In this document: positions 40,159-54,798 of the stretch, one piece after another | Position numbering within the stretch: position 1 is the first letter of the stretch | Layout: every line of letters begins with the position of its first letter | Source: Eledone cirrhosa | Lineage: Eukaryota | Direction of reading: 5' to 3' | DNA length: 64,000 bases | Assembly (NCBI GenBank): GCA_964016885.1 | Contig: OZ024746.1 | Span: 47,058,001-47,122,000, forward strand | Notes under the pieces: generated by a model | Seen by the model: the letters and a program-made list of their open reading frames with translations, nothing else | Told to the model about the DNA's origin: nothing | The model's database searches: none | Translations under genes and position numbers: made by a program

Positions 40159-42926
40159 ATGATTCAAGAAGTAGAGTTAAATGAATAGATCTATTGATTT
40201 ATTTTTGCATTTTGATTTTCTGGTAGTAAAGAACAGATTTAAACTACCTTATAAATATATTGAACTCTAATGTTCCGAGACTCTTCAGTCATATACAGAT
40301 GATCTCTGTGATCTCTTGTGATCTCTCTCATTTAAAGGAGAGTTTAAAGGAATTTAATCTAACATGTTTTGGATGATATACATCTAGTTGAAGAATGTCA
40401 AGGAACCGACATCAAAGAAGAAAATCCTTTGATGAGAAGTATAATAAATCGTTAAGCATCATACGTACTTTTGTAGTTATTAATATTGGATATAGTTAAA
40501 ATTACCTGTGTTCCTAATCATACACACATGTAAAAAAAGGAGCGGTTTAAGTCATTGTAATAACTTAATTATTAGGATTAATTCTGCTTTGATTTCGGTT
40601 CCTTCAGAAACTTGATTTGTATGTTGTTGTAACTATGCGAAATATACGTATTTACCTGTAACTTGGAAAAAAATGTTTGACACATTTAATCAAATTTCAG
40701 ATCCCTGTTGGATTCTTCAACAGATGTGCATGACATCAAAACAACACTCCTCAATTTTTTAATTTCAGGAACTACAAATATTTCGCATGTTTACTCGCCT
40801 ATATTCTACAAATTTGCACAGTCTCAATTTTTATATTATGTATATTTATACAAATACAACGTTAATGTACACTTCGGCTGCTTAACGTTATATAAATTTA
40901 CATACGAAACCTTCTACAACAGAACAACATGACAAACCACATCAAATGCTTTCGTTATATGAAAGGCATCAAGGCTTGCCTCACCACAATTACATTAAGC
41001 ATTGTACACGAATTTAAACAGAATACAACTTCAGTATTACAATGTTTCACGAAAATAGCTGAAATATTATCAGAGCAAGAAACCGTATAAATCTCGAAGT
41101 TGGAAATTAACTTCACCATAGACTTTTGAAGTTATATGCAAGTCAGATAAAGAAGCGTCATGTTGGGAAAGGAATTCAGGACGAATATGATCAGATGAAT
41201 GACGGCTAGAATTATTGGAAAACATCAGAGCAAGCTATTTCACTTTATCTATAGAAAACATCAGTATCCTATAGCCTTTGAAGAGAGATAGAATGGTGGA
41301 TTTACCATTATATAAACTCCTATTGATCGAGCGAACAGCTTCGGAGTAGCAATATGATATTTGGTTGGGTACATATACTGGGATCTCTCGCCTGCAAGTG
41401 CCTTCTCTCAGCATCAAAACAAAAAAAGGCACAATCGAATATGGATTATACAAGAATCACCGATGAAGAATAAAAGGATCAATACAACTATGAATACAAA
41501 ATACTACTTTAGCGGCACAAACATTTGCAAAAAGATAAAGGAAAATATGCCATTGACCCTCGGGAAGAAAATTGGAGAAATATTCACTATCACGTTGATG
41601 ATAGTTATGAGAAAAACCATGAGACGGATGGGGATTACTACTAGGAAAGAGATTAAAATACTTTTCCAAAGGATCTACACTGTAGTCAAACTAACCACAG
41701 GGAGCAGGAAAAAACAAAGCAAATTCTAGGAGGGAGGGATGATATGTGTCATGATTTAAATAACGAGTATAGAAGTTGACTGTCTAAGATATTGAACCAG
41801 ATACCAAAGATACACGTTCCAGTACAAACAGTTATTTTAAAATTAAATCTATTAATGTGATAAACATTGAAATCTTCAAAGACTAGAATATTTATTGAAG
41901 GAACAAAAAGATCTTGGTCAATTTTATCGGATTTAATATACATAAGTTTGAAATTTTGAGAGAATAAATGGTTGTGAAGAAAGGAAAGGTGAGAGATAGA
42001 ATGTGGGGGAAAGTTAGGCAGAAACATATGAATGGATGGGCAAAGATTCAAATCTAGATTCGCGAGCAATTGGGGGATTATTTCAAACGTAGGCTCTAAG
42101 CAATTTATATGCTTGATATAGACTTTTTGATGAAGAAGAAAATATTCATTTACAAAGAGAGCTAAACTAGAAAGTCATACACAGCAAATTGTCTAGGAGA
42201 GTTACGTTGAAGGAAGAAGTGAACAAAAGCAAAGTTACAACAAAGACCAGCGATATTAATAAAAGATATAGTCAGAGTTTGCTTTTTGCTTTTGGTAATT
42301 TGCCCCATTTTATAAATAGTATATTAAGCAGAAAACCTAGGTAATCTCACAAATTACTGAAATACTTAAAGGAAAGCGACATTAAAGAAGTTATATAGTA
42401 CCAAAGTGCTCTTGAAATTGAAATAGAAGTCGAATAAAAGACATTCTGTCTGAAATTCTTGGTTAGTCTTTATAAACCAAAGTGCTGTCTGGTGAGAAAA
42501 CGACAGTGAAAGAGACAAAACAAATAAGAAAGAAAAAATGACAGAAAGAGCGAAAAAGAGAAAGAAAGAAAGAAGGAAATAAAGATCATAAATGTGATTA
42601 ATCGCTTAATTAATTGTATCCAAGCTGTGAACTTGCTCGTGGGCACTTCATTAACCCAGTTATCTAGCCATTTGTTTCTTTCCTTAGACACTTCATTTAA
42701 TTTTTAATTTCACTGTAAATTAATTTTATAGTTTCTATACGTCTGGATGTGGCGCATTTGCATATGTACGTATGTATACATTTGCGTATGTAGTTCGACT
42801 TAGTGTGCTCAGGTATGAATGTCAGCATGTGTGCATGCCGGTGCATATGTACTATATATATCTGTGCTGTGAACGTGTAAACGCATGAACGCAAGGTATA
42901 TATATACATGCATATATATATATATA

Positions 42927-43161
<235 letters not shown>

Positions 43162-44140
43162 AGCAAATTGGATGCTGAAATCACATCTTGTATACAAAAA
43201 ACAGCAAAAGCCTTTTGTTAACTAGAAATTAAAGCATGGTCATAAGGTCACATTAAATTGGATACTAAGATTGCTGTATACGTCTCAGTTGTAGTCTCCG
43301 TACTACTGTATTCATCTGAGACATGGACCTCGTACACACGGTATCTTAAGATGTTGGAGCAGTTTCACCAAAAATTCCTCCGGCATATAATGAAAGTAAG
43401 CTGGTACACATTCGTTCCAGACACTGAGATATTTGCTAGGGCACAAGTTACATTTACTCAAGCTATGCTTATTGGGAACCAGTTAAAATGTACTGGAAAC
43501 ATGATTCGTATAGGTGACGGATGCTTCCCCAAGAAAATATCTTATGGCGAACTCAAGCTGGGCAAAAGAATAAATAGTAAACCAAGATGGAGATACAGAG
43601 ACTCTCTAAAAACAAACTTAAAATGCTTTAACATATCCTACATAATCCTTGAATCATGTACAGCAGATAAAGTAGCCTAGACAAATGGAATGGAGTTAAT
43701 GCAGTTGAGATGGAGATGTAAAACATGCAGAACTGAAAAGAAAATTGAAAAAGAATGGGACCAACAGTAATAATGATGTATTATCCAGCGTTGGTTTTCA
43801 AATACGCTGTGCCCTATGGTGTGCGTTTCAAACGCTGGGTTGGAGGTACATGACAAGCACATGATGGTAAACTCCAAGTTGATTATTCAAACTTCGTTGC
43901 AGAGAATCAGTTCCAGTTCCATGTTTGTCAAAAGATTTGTAAATCAGGTGGTGGATTGAAGCGACATCTGAAGATACACAATAAGCAAACCGAAAATAGA
44001 AACAAGAACGAAATAAGACACCATTGTATTATTTGCGATTCAAAAGTCATTTTAGATCTCATGCCAAGAAGGAATCGACATAAAGTGCAAGAAGTGGTCA
44101 CGCTTTTTATAGAGCAGGCGACCTTCATTTATGTATGTAA
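43162..44140 (+). mobile_element. Degenerate RTE LINE 3' fragment with C2H2 finger relics
   Basis: TKIAVYVSVVVSVLLYSSETWT...LEQFHQKFLRHI...PKKISYGEL...PRWRYRDSLK; relic fingers CPMVCVSNAGLEVHDKH and CQKICKSGGGLKRHLKIH; (ATGT)n tail. Confidence 0.85.
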
Positions 44141-45040
44141 TTGTCAGATCACTCTTGAGCGCTACTAGTTACACATAACCCAGTACAACATATCTCATGG
44201 TCGGGTCACCCCATCAAGCTGGCTTTGTGAAGAGGGTAATATTTTGGACATCCTGTGGGAATAACAATAGAACCCGTCAAATGGCGGATGAACACATAAG
44301 AGTCGATCTCCATTCAAACATTTACTCGGAGAGGGAAACTGTACTACAATTCCTGAAGAGGAATCAGTTGCTCGTCGTCCCAACCTATGCTGGGCTATCA
44401 GTTTTTCCTGCTGGTTTTGTCTGAAAAGTGGGCGTGGTTTTGTGGAAGCCAAATCCACTATAATCAAATTCACGCGCAATAACTTCTTAGACACCTGATC
44501 TATGTATGTACATACGTGCATACGAATGTAGGTATGTATGTATGTTTGTATGTATGCATATATATATATGTGTGTATATATGTATATATATGTATATATA
44601 TATATATGTATATATTTATTATGTATGTATGTATACATATGTATGCATATATATACATGCATGTATATATGTATAAGGTTTTATTCTTGTGATCCTAGAA
44701 GATCACAACCTAGAAAGATATCAATATTCAAAGGATATTATAGTATAACATACATAAAACGTACGTTAATCATCATAAGAGAGGAAAAATTCCTTCCCTA
44801 ACGAGGTTTAGTGAATGTAGGCCTCGCTAAAATACCCTGGACATGGAAGAATAATGACTACAATCTATAAAAAGTCGTGTGCTGACATAAGGAAATGAAA
44901 GAAAACACGTCAGAAATCTTAATTAAAAATACCTAGAATAAAACCCCGATGCCGATTCATATGTCAATACCAGCAGACAATAACATATCGGTTAAATTCA
45001 CGGAAATAGATCTCCAGAGTAAGGAATATGATTACCAAAA

Positions 45041-45256
45041 TAATAATAATTCTTTCTACTTTAGGCACAAGGCCAGCAATTTTCGGGAAGCGAAAGTCGA
45101 TTAAATCGACCGCAATACGCTACTGGTACTTTATTTTATCGACCCTGTTACGATGAAAGGCAAAGCTAACCTCGGCAGGATTTGAACTCAGAACGCAAAG
45201 GGCCACAACTCTATGTCGCGAGGCAGGGTGTTCGACGTTCTACCGATACTGCCATA
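45041..45256 (-). mobile_element. tRNA-derived SINE, long variant
   Basis: Family match including the GTCGATTAAATCGAC hairpin. Confidence 0.85.
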
Positions 45257-45520
45257 TTTAGGTATGTGTTTATGAACTATTCAATGATGTTCAATTGAAG
45301 GAAACTGGTCATTCACTGAGCAGAATTAAACCTCTTTTTTTTAATCCCAATAACTTATTTTAGTTATTGTTCGTCCTAGGCTCAGGTATCTTGTCTCTAA
45401 CGCGAAGAAATACCTATGAATCCTAGCTAGCAGACAACTGACGACGGATTTTACCCTGTTTCGCCCGTAACTTTTATTTTCATTATACTTAATTGCAACC
45501 ACACAGCTCGCCATTTTATT

Positions 45521-45660
<140 letters not shown>

Positions 45661-45809
45661 AGCTGAGGATCCGCTAAGGTGAAACAATTGTTCTCGGTAT
45701 GGTGAACTAACTGTTGCGTTACCACTTCTTTCTACCTAACTCGTCCGATGGACTGAGTGCTCTACCACTATGGATATTACCTTCTAGTGTTCTACTTATA
45801 TAAATATAT

Positions 45810-45870
45810 ATATAGAAATGGCTTCTACAGGACTAGAACTGTTCTAGTCCTGTAGAAGCCATTTCTATAT
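45810..45870. repeat. Perfect 30-bp-arm palindrome of a hammerhead 3' half
   Basis: ATATAGAAATGGCTTCTACAGGACTAGAAC T GTTCTAGTCCTGTAGAAGCCATTTCTATAT; same sequence family as 52699-52745 and 58472-58522. Confidence 0.9.
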
Positions 45871-46179
45871 TAAATATTTATACTATGCTATGTATTGAGT
45901 ACTTTACTTACTGTGGTTACTCCCGATTGCACCCGGGATAAACTTATAATATATATATATATTGTTGCATAATATATGCAGACAGAAGTGCATTGCACCC
46001 TACTGCTGCATTACGTGTGGCCGAAACTCGAGTCCTGGAACTAATATAGGCACCCGTTTACGTGTATTGAAGCGAATAACTGTGTTCTACATTATCTATT
46101 GAGTACGCTGAAATACAACCGGTCCTGGCATTGTTAAATATGCTGGATCCGTCAACTCCTTATTATATATATTATATAT

Positions 46180-46433
46180 ATATTTATTAAAATAACAGAT
46201 TAAAGTTTAAGCAAAGAATCGCTGCTTTCACCCTTAACGGGATCTTCTGAAATAAAAAAAAATCAATCTGTGAACGCAGAAGTAAATATTTCGAAAAACG
46301 TTGCAGCCGAAGGAAAGCATTTACTTTTGCGTTCACGGATTGATTTTTTTTTTTTTTTTGCTTCAGAAGATCCCATTAAGAGTGAAAGCAGCGATTCTTT
46401 GCTTAGATTTTAATCTGTTATTTTAATAAATAT
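46180..46433. repeat. Inverted repeat (~110-bp arms) of a dispersed element also found at 10.0-10.45 kb and 38.45 kb
   Basis: Shared motif GAAAGCA.CGATTCTTTGCTTAAACTTTAATCTGTTATTT. Confidence 0.85.
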
Positions 46434-46591
46434 TTGCTCTAGGGTTCTTATATATTTGAACCCTAGGGTTCTTATCGAGCCCTTTTTGGATTTTAGTCTT
46501 CGCATGTATTATTATTACTATATATTACTATATAGTAATAATTATATTTACTAATAATTATTTATTATTATTACTATATATTACTATATAG

Positions 46592-46780
46592 AGGGCGGTG
46601 AATTGGCAGTATCGGTAGAGGGTTGGACGCTATGCTTTCTAGCACAGTTACGTCCCTTTACAGTCTGAGTTCAAATCCCGCCGAGGTTAACTTTGCCTTT
46701 CATCCTTACAGAGTCGATAAAATAAAGTACCACTGGGTAATTTGCTGGCCTTGTGCCAAAAGTAGAAACAATTATTATTA
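46592..46780 (+). mobile_element. tRNA-derived SINE
   Basis: Full-length with a small internal deletion; ATTACTATATATTA-type flanks on both sides. Confidence 0.9.
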
Positions 46781-47418
46781 CTATATATTATATATATATA
46801 TGCATATATATATATATAGTGTGTGTGGGTGTGTGTGTGTGTGTGTGTTGAGTTTTAGTATGTGTATTTATATAAATATGTACGCATGGACACACTATGA
46901 AACCCATCTCTACATCTACACTCTCCCGTGGTTATCAGCCCACAGTGTACTATCAACCATTATATTTCTCTTTTGGCTTCTTTTTCTCTATTTCCTTTAG
47001 ATTAACATACGTTATCAGTCCATCAGTCTCTACCCTAGCCTTCTATGTCTCTCCCCCCTCCCCCTCTCTTTCTCTTCTCTCCGTCTCTCTCGTTCCCCTT
47101 CTTTCTTATTATATTACACGTTCATAACTTTGAATCATACATCTAAAGAACGCCCACCCGAGTCTACTGTTTCCATCCGATAATAAATCAAACTATATGA
47201 GATTCTAAATATACAAATATCATAAAACATAGTTGACAATCATTGAAGATTTAATTTCTGGTGGAGAGTTTCTGTTCGATGATTTTGTCTATGTTTATGG
47301 TCAGACATATATAGTTAAAAGACAATGACAAGCGGATGGAGGGAAGGATATATATGAATTAACGGGAGGAGAGATGTATATATACAGACCAGACTAAGGA
47401 AATATATTGTTATTTACA

Positions 47419-47525
47419 ATAATTATTTCTACTTTTGGCACAAGGCCAGCAATTACCCAGTGCATTACTGGTACTTTATTTTATCGACTCCGTAAGGATG
47501 AAAGGCTAAGTTAACCTCGGCGGGA
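47419..47525 (-). mobile_element. SINE 3' half
   Basis: Tail and core only. Confidence 0.85.
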
Positions 47526-48163
47526 ATAATATTGAAATAATAGGTCAACTTAATATAGAATTTCCGTATGTACGAGTATATATATTTCAGTGCAGAAGTA
47601 AATGATAAAGTAGAAAATAAAACTTTCCAGTTGTTGTCTTCCTGTTTCTTCTACAACAACTACAACGGTACGCGAGGGGGCCCACCCACAGCCCCGGCGG
47701 ACTAAATGGAGAAGGCGTTTCCCCGGAGGACGGCAAGGGAGACTCGCTGGAAAAGCCATCCAACTCGCGGGGCTCACACCTGCGGCTGACCAACTCAGTG
47801 CCTATGGTGGTGAATAAGGAGGTAGCCCTAGGGCCGAGGACACACCAGAAATCTCCACAGCCATGGGTACGACCGCAAACCTAGGTTTGTAGGTATGTCG
47901 GTACACAGAAATTTCAATCTGTTTTAATCTGTGTAGGCATTGTATTTACACATTTTTGGTTTTCTCTGGACGATTTTGTTTGTTTACTACAACAATACTA
48001 GATGTGTATTCCTTTATCTCCTACACAACTTCCCATAGATTAATTCAATCATCACACATATATGATTGCAGTCACAAAAACACATACATACACAGACGCA
48101 CACACACACACGCACGCACGCACAAATGCACACGTATATATATATACATATGTATATATATAC

Positions 48164-48197
<34 letters not shown>

Positions 48198-48214
48198 GCA
48201 TACATATATATTGT

Positions 48215-49430
48215 TATACTTGGGGAGGGTCATATTTGTGTAATATTGCCAGAATTAATAACAGAACACAATCACTGTTTGGTTGGTTTGCGCTTCTCGC
48301 TGTCTTTTATATCGGTAATCTAACTTACTCGGTCCTCAATGTTGCCATTGACTGACCGACGGTCAAAAATAATACAGATACAATATAGACACAAACACAT
48401 ATATATAGTTTATCATAAATCTTTCGTTGCACATCTGCAACATCTTCAGTGGTGTTATATTTTCCTCTTGTTGTGTTGTATGTCTACGCCATTTTTATTC
48501 AGTCTGTCTATATATTTATTTATTTATTAGCTTGTTTGTTTATTTTATTTTGTCTTGTTTGCACATGCGTTTGCGCGTGTGTATAGTGTTATGTTTGCTG
48601 TGTGATGGGTGACTAGTGTGTGTTTATGTGCTTGTTGTTATTGTGCTTGTGTATGTATTTATTTATTTATTTATCTTATTTTATTTACTTATTTATACTT
48701 CTCTTAGGTCAGTGTTGTTTGTTTGGGTGTTGTTGTTATTCCATTCATTCTTTCTGTTTAGCTTTGGTCTTCTAATTTCTATTTCACTGGCCTCTCTGAT
48801 TTGCCTATCTGCTGGGTCATTTCTATGTTTAGATATTATTCTAATTTCTATGTTGTCTATGTTACCGTCATGTTGTTGTCTAGCATGTTCGTATAGTACT
48901 GATCCGTTTTTTCGTCCTTTTAGTTCCCCCCAGTGTTGGTCTATCCTTTCACCTATGCTACGAGCTGTCTCACCTATGTATGTTGTTGTCATGTTTCTGC
49001 AAGTACCCTCTGTACATCTTATGCTATAGACTACGTTTCTAGTTTTACGGTTTATCCGGGGGTTCACCTTACATATGATACATTTCCTATTGGTACAGTG
49101 GGTTTTCTTAAAAGGGTAGGTTTTGCTGATCAGGGATTTTATGGTGGTTCCTGGCTTTTCTACCACCTTTATTTTTAAGTGGGTCTTTCTCAGGGCCTTT
49201 CTACACTGGTTAGCTAATTTTCCTCCAGGGGTGGCGTCCACAAACATGACACTCTGGTATCTCTGTTTGTCGTACCATGAGGTGGCTTTCCCTATCTTAT
49301 GTCTAGCCCTATCTAAGCTATTCCATGATTTGCTCCTGTATAATGGGCAAATTCCTTTCATGTCCAGTTCTATGAGGGTCTTATACTTTTCCATGGCTCC
49401 TTCGTATATTCTGACTCTGTCGCAAAACAT
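48215..49430 (-). mobile_element. Penelope-like element B, 5'-truncated (linker + GIY-YIG ORF 48693-49430 + 3' pseudo-LTR)
   Basis: MFVDATPGGKLA...IKVVEKPG...CTNRKCIIC...NVVYSIRC...YIGETARSIGERIDQH...RQIREASEI...PKLNRKNEW. Confidence 0.9.
48412..48453 (-). ncRNA. PLE-associated minimal hammerhead motif
   Basis: ACCA CUGAAGA U GUUGCA GAUG UGCAAC GAAA GAUU UA UGAU; differs from the 32.4-kb copy only at the free N7 position. Confidence 0.6.
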
Positions 49431-49454
49431 ACATATATATATATATATATATAT

Positions 49455-52400
49455 CTTTAAGTCGTTTGGAAGCCTCGACGATGCAAATGGGTAAATCTCC
49501 GGGTAACAAGATCCGGTGGTGGAGAGAGAGATGTAAGTGGGTGTACGTTGAGATGCGTGGTGTGTATAAGATGTGTAAGATGTGTAGAAGAATGAAGGGA
49601 AGAGTATAAAGGATAAAATAAAAATAACAACACAAGAGAGAGTTACCTTGGGAGAGATTTAATAGTCCCTATATATTTCGGATTCACATTCATCAACTGG
49701 GGTTTTTTTCCGGGGTGGGGGAAAGGTTGTCTATCGGACAGGTGCGAAACGCGTCCTCCGCTGTTTGTTGTTTTGAATATCTGAGGTATTTGGCAGAGCG
49801 CGCGTGCGCGTGAAATGATGTCGGTCGGGCAGAGGTCAGCGGCCGAATGAGGGAGTGGGGTGGCGCTAGCTGTCAATCTATTCTCTGCCTGTTTGTTAAA
49901 TGTTACTGTGTGTGTGTGTGCGTGTGTTGTTGTTTCGCTTGAGTGTGTGTGTGCGTGTGTTGTTGCCTTGTTCTTCTGTATTGGCAGTGTAGTATGTTCG
50001 TATGGTGGAATGCTACTGTGTGTGTGTGTGTGTGTAGTTGTCTCGTTTGTGTGTGTGTGTTGTGTGTTTCTGCCATGTGTGTTAAACCAGCCATCTCATT
50101 TCGCTTCTCTCTAATCGGTTGTTTATTTGCGGTTGCAGGGGTTTGAAAAAACCGCTTCCTTGATACGTAACGTGCCGACGTTTCTTTCAGTCGCTAGAAT
50201 TGTGACAATGGGCCTTCCGTCTTTGTTTCCGCATTTGTCTATGTGTTTCCGGAAAGATGAGGCCCTGGTTTTAGTGTGTTCCTTGATCCGGATGTGCAAA
50301 GGTCGGATTGTGCTACCTATGTAGTATTGGTTGCACCTGTCACATTCTATCTTATACACGACGTATTTGCGTAGGCAACAGTTCGCATGGCGTATCGGGT
50401 AGTCTCTGAGGGAGCATGCGTCAGTAGATTTCCCGGGTTTCCTGGAGAGGCATCTTCGCAGGGAGGGACCCGAGTGGGCCAGGTGGATGTCGAGGCCCTC
50501 CCTCCGTATAGCCTTGCGGATAGCGTTGGTGGTATTCTCGCCCAGGTGTGGCATTTTAAGGAAGCACTTGCCTTGGGTGCCTCTCTGTCTCTTGTGTCGG
50601 GTGTTTCCTATTCTGTCTGTGAGCGAGGTAGGGTACCCGTTCGTCTCCAGCACCTCGAGGAATCGCTTGGTATGAGTGACACCACTCGCGGGTTCGCTGC
50701 ATCTGTTTTTGATTCGCGCGATCTCGTTCATGATGTATCCTCTTTTGGCACTGTTAGGGAGGGCGGACTTATAGTGAACGAACAGGTCCCTGCAGGCTGC
50801 CTTTCGGTAGAAGTTGCAGTGGATCCTTCCCTGTTCCGTGATGTTGATTCGGAAATCGAGGAGGGCAAGTGACCCGTCTTCGTTGGGGTGTTCAACACTG
50901 AAGTCAATGTTCTCGTCCGTGTTGTTGAACGTCTCATGGATTCTGTTCGCCGTGTCTTGGGAAGATGTGAGGATGAGGATATCGTCCACGTACCTTGAGA
51001 AAAAGGCTACGGCGTTGAGGTGGCAGGCGTTGAGTGCCTTGCGTTCGAGGTTGTCCATGTAAGAGATCGCTAGCACACCTGATAGGCTTGATCCCATGGT
51101 CAATCCCGAGGTTTGTTGGTATGTTTGGTCAAGGAATCCGAAGTAGATGTTGTCGACAACGATGGATAGGAGTTGGTGGATGTCAGTGGTGGTGAGCCCG
51201 AAGCAGTGTAGGTCGGTGGATTGGATTGGACGCGTTCTATCAGTATATTGACGGTCGGGAGTGCCGGGACCGAGGTGTAGAGAGCGACTACATCAAGGCT
51301 GAAGGCATATCTGTTATTCCTTCTGGTGTCGGGATCTATTTGATGCAGGCGCTTCAACACCTCCTCGGAGCTGTTAACGTGTCCCGGCAAGGTGTCTAAG
51401 ATGGGTTTGAGTATTCTGGCTAGGAGCCATGAAATTTTGTAGAGTGGTCCCTCCACGCTCGATACGATGGGCCTCATCTTCAGGTCGGGTCCCTGTTTGT
51501 GTGTTTTCACGAGGTGGTAGAAGGCTGGTAGTCTGCTGTTCCTCGTGAGGAGGTTGTATCTCAGCTTCTTCGGGAGCTTCCGCCGGTCGCAGATGTTGGT
51601 CCAGGCGGCGTTGATGTGCTCTTCTATCTGCGCGGGAGTGATTCCCGTGACCTTGGAGTAGAGGTTGACATCGTCAAGGTGTTGGAGGGCCAGGGTGTTG
51701 TAGGCCTCTCTGCTGATGACGCAGAATTCTTTTCCCTTGTCGGAGGGGAGATAGATGAGGTTCTTCGATTTTAGGTTGGAGAGAGTGGTGAGTTGAGATT
51801 TGGTGAGGTTATGTGTTGTGCGTGTGTGTGTGTGTGTTTGTGAAGTATATCCGAGATGGAGTGTTTTAGCCTGATGAGTTTAGTGTCGAGTTCAAGGTTG
51901 GTGGGTGGGGGGGTGGAGTGGGTTGTCGGGGTGGTAAGTGGGGAACTTGGGGTGTGTTGCGTGGGCGCTGTTATTTTCTGTGGCGCTGTTGATGGCGGTC
52001 ACCCATTTAAGTTGGTAAGCGGCTCGACAAAAGTTGGCCTCGATGTTGAGTTTGAGTCTGTCGTCGAGACGTTGTGAGACGATGAACTTGGGTCCGAGGT
52101 GTAGGAGTTTCAGCTCGTCGCTCGTGAGAGTGCCGGTTAGGTCGGTGACCAGGTGCGTCGCATCGTTGAGGTATGGCTCGGTGTTGGTGGATGCGGCGGT
52201 GGCGGTTGTTAAGTTGTTGTTTCCCACGTGGTTCTGGTCCGTCTGTTAGTTAGTGTCGATGTTCTCGTTGTGGCGTTTCGACAAGATCCACTCATATTTT
52301 CACTTGAGCCGTTTTTTCTGGTATTGGACTCTGGAGTGGTAGCACTGGTCGATTGCTTTAGTGATTTTCAGGAGCAAGTCCCCGGGTGCTATTGGCAGTC

Positions 52401-52637
52401 GATGTGTCCGCTCTGAGAGCGTCCACTTATGGACGTGTAATTGGCGGTTGAGATGTCTCAGGATCTGTTTAATACACGTGCGATGTATGCGGTTAGTGGT
52501 GTTTTGGAAAGCTGGTGTACGTAGGCTTACTGGTAAGCGGATGTTCCTGATGGTGTGTGGGGATGACATCGTTTTTTAGGCAGCATTTCAGGAAAATAAT
52601 TTGACAGCCAGCGTTGGCCCATTTCTCCGACAGTCTA

Positions 52638-52640
<3 letters not shown>
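49455..52640 (-). mobile_element. Penelope-like retroelement C (near full length, frameshifted)
   Basis: LLHLGPKF, PSDKG, MRPIVSS, FSLDVVALYTSVP, MGSSLSGVLAISYM, FFSRYVDDILI, LALLDF, and VVYKIECDRCNQYYIGST GIY-YIG; both ends abut (TA)n. Confidence 0.93.
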
Positions 52641-52698
<58 letters not shown>

Positions 52699-52701
<3 letters not shown>

Positions 52702-52745
52702 CTTATGATTTCTCCCGAATGAAATAGTTCTAGTCCTGTAGAAGC
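52699..52745 (+). ncRNA. Degenerate type I hammerhead (family 3)
   Basis: TTC CTTATGA T TTC TCCC GAA T GAAA TAG TTCTAGTC CTG TA GAAGC; G5>U core mutation. Confidence 0.5.
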
Positions 52746-54554
52746 TGGTGTACGTGTGCATTTATGTATGTAAGTGTGTATACGTGTTTGTGTATGTGTA
52801 ACCATAAACGCGTGATGATTATATGCCCTTCATTTGGGGCTCTTCTCTCTTACCCTGTTGATCTGTACTTTCCTTTTTGAGAAAACATTTTCCCGTTCAT
52901 TTTCATCAGCAGAGGTTGAACAAGTTTGTTCTCAGGTCTAATGAAACGTACGTACCTGGTATGGTGCCGTCGTAGTTACTGGTCTTATTAATTATATATA
53001 TATACAAATTCCCCCAAAATGTGATTTTTTGCTTAATTTTAATATATTTTAATACTTCTCTGAGTAGATAATTTATTATTATATCTTATCCTTACATTGG
53101 GATTTTACGTATTAGAAAAGCTAACTTTGTAGAGTTGTAAATTAATATTGACAGCTCCATCATTGCTGAGCTGATTTAGACGGTTTTGCCTGCTATTTCC
53201 AACGTCGTATTGTCTTAATACATTAAGTGGAAAATATTCATACAATAATTCGGCGTTGCAACACGTTGTTCTCCGTGCAGTCTACTAAAGGCATGGTATG
53301 TATGATATATATTCATCTTGTCACATAGGGTGAAATATATTCATATAATAATTCAGCTATTCAATACGTTGTTCGCCATGCGGTCTTGCAACGAGATGGT
53401 ATATATGATATATTTTCAACTTGTCCCCTTATTCTTATTAAGAATTCACTTCCTGGTGAAGGAACTGAAACTCTTCCAATATTGGTTATTCCAATGTCTT
53501 GGAATAGCAGATGTTGTATCTTAATATCCAGTCACCATGGTCGAGGTATTATATAAGATAAAACCGATTTGGCTTATATTCCCAACAAATAAGATTCTGG
53601 CTATAGATGTAAATGAAAAAACATCCAAAGGAAACTCAAGCCTTTTATTGTGCTCGTTATCCTCTCTATCTGTTCAAACATCAACAATCTCTCCTCTTCT
53701 GAACCATTTAGGTTCATAATCTTCGCTCAGTCCTCCCACCCAACACCCGGCTCACATTGTCTTTTGTCAGCCTACGAAACATGTTATTGAATCATTCTAC
53801 ACAGAGTCCCAATCGACTAGAATACACTACATTTCTTTTCTTATGCAGGCATTAGTATTGGATGCCTAAATTGAATATCAACGGAATTAACGTCATTAGT
53901 GTATGAGGTAGTATAAATTCATTGATACTGACACTCTTTCTCTGGCGATTTATTAAAAGAAGGTGAAAAATTGTTAGATCACAAAACTAAAGTGTTTGCT
54001 ATATTTAGTTATATTACTTTTCATTCGGAATTTTAATCCTGCCAACTTAGATTTTGTATTTCCTTCGTCTGTGTCGATAAAATAAGTTCCAGTCATGTAC
54101 AGCAGATTATTTGAATCGACATTCTCTGCGAGCAATTACGAACGTATGGCAATATGAGAAAACCTTTTATATACTTTTATACTATTAAACATTAACTTAG
54201 GTCCATAAATCTCTCTAAATATTACTAACGGAATCATGAATTCTGCGTCATCATTATTTCTTTCAGACTCTAAACACTATTCACAACAAACTAGTTTCCT
54301 GTTGTTAACGACTATAAACGATATATGGAAACGGCTAGTGTTACAATTAGAATGTGTTAATGTTTTGAGACATTGCTTTATAATTGCTTTAGATTCTCTT
54401 GTCAGTAGGAATTGATTAAAAATATTTTCCAGAACGTACAGACGATGAGGTTTCCTAAGATCTATCAGAGCTAGACATATATTAATTTGTAAATCGATTT
54501 CATGTATAAAAAGATACATACATACACACACGCACCTACGAACGCACGTACGAT

Positions 54555-54713
54555 TTGAGTTCAAATCCCGCTGAGGTTAGCTTTGCCTTTCATCCTTACG
54601 GGGTCGACAAAATAAAGTACCAGTCATGTACTGGTGTCGATTTAATTGATTTTCCCTTCTCCTAACTCCAAAATTGCTGGCCTTGTGTCTAAAATAGAAA
54701 TCATTATTATTAT

Positions 54714-54798
<85 letters not shown>

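Noticed and set aside
41749-42069. NILVFEDFNVYH resembling the APE endonuclease GDFN motif
   Set aside because: A single degenerate motif; element boundaries cannot be defined.
46215-46252. CAGAAGA-TCCC..GGGT-GAAA motif (also ~10050 and ~46365)
   Set aside because: U4 is replaced by A in all copies, and there is no stem I/III or cleavage site.
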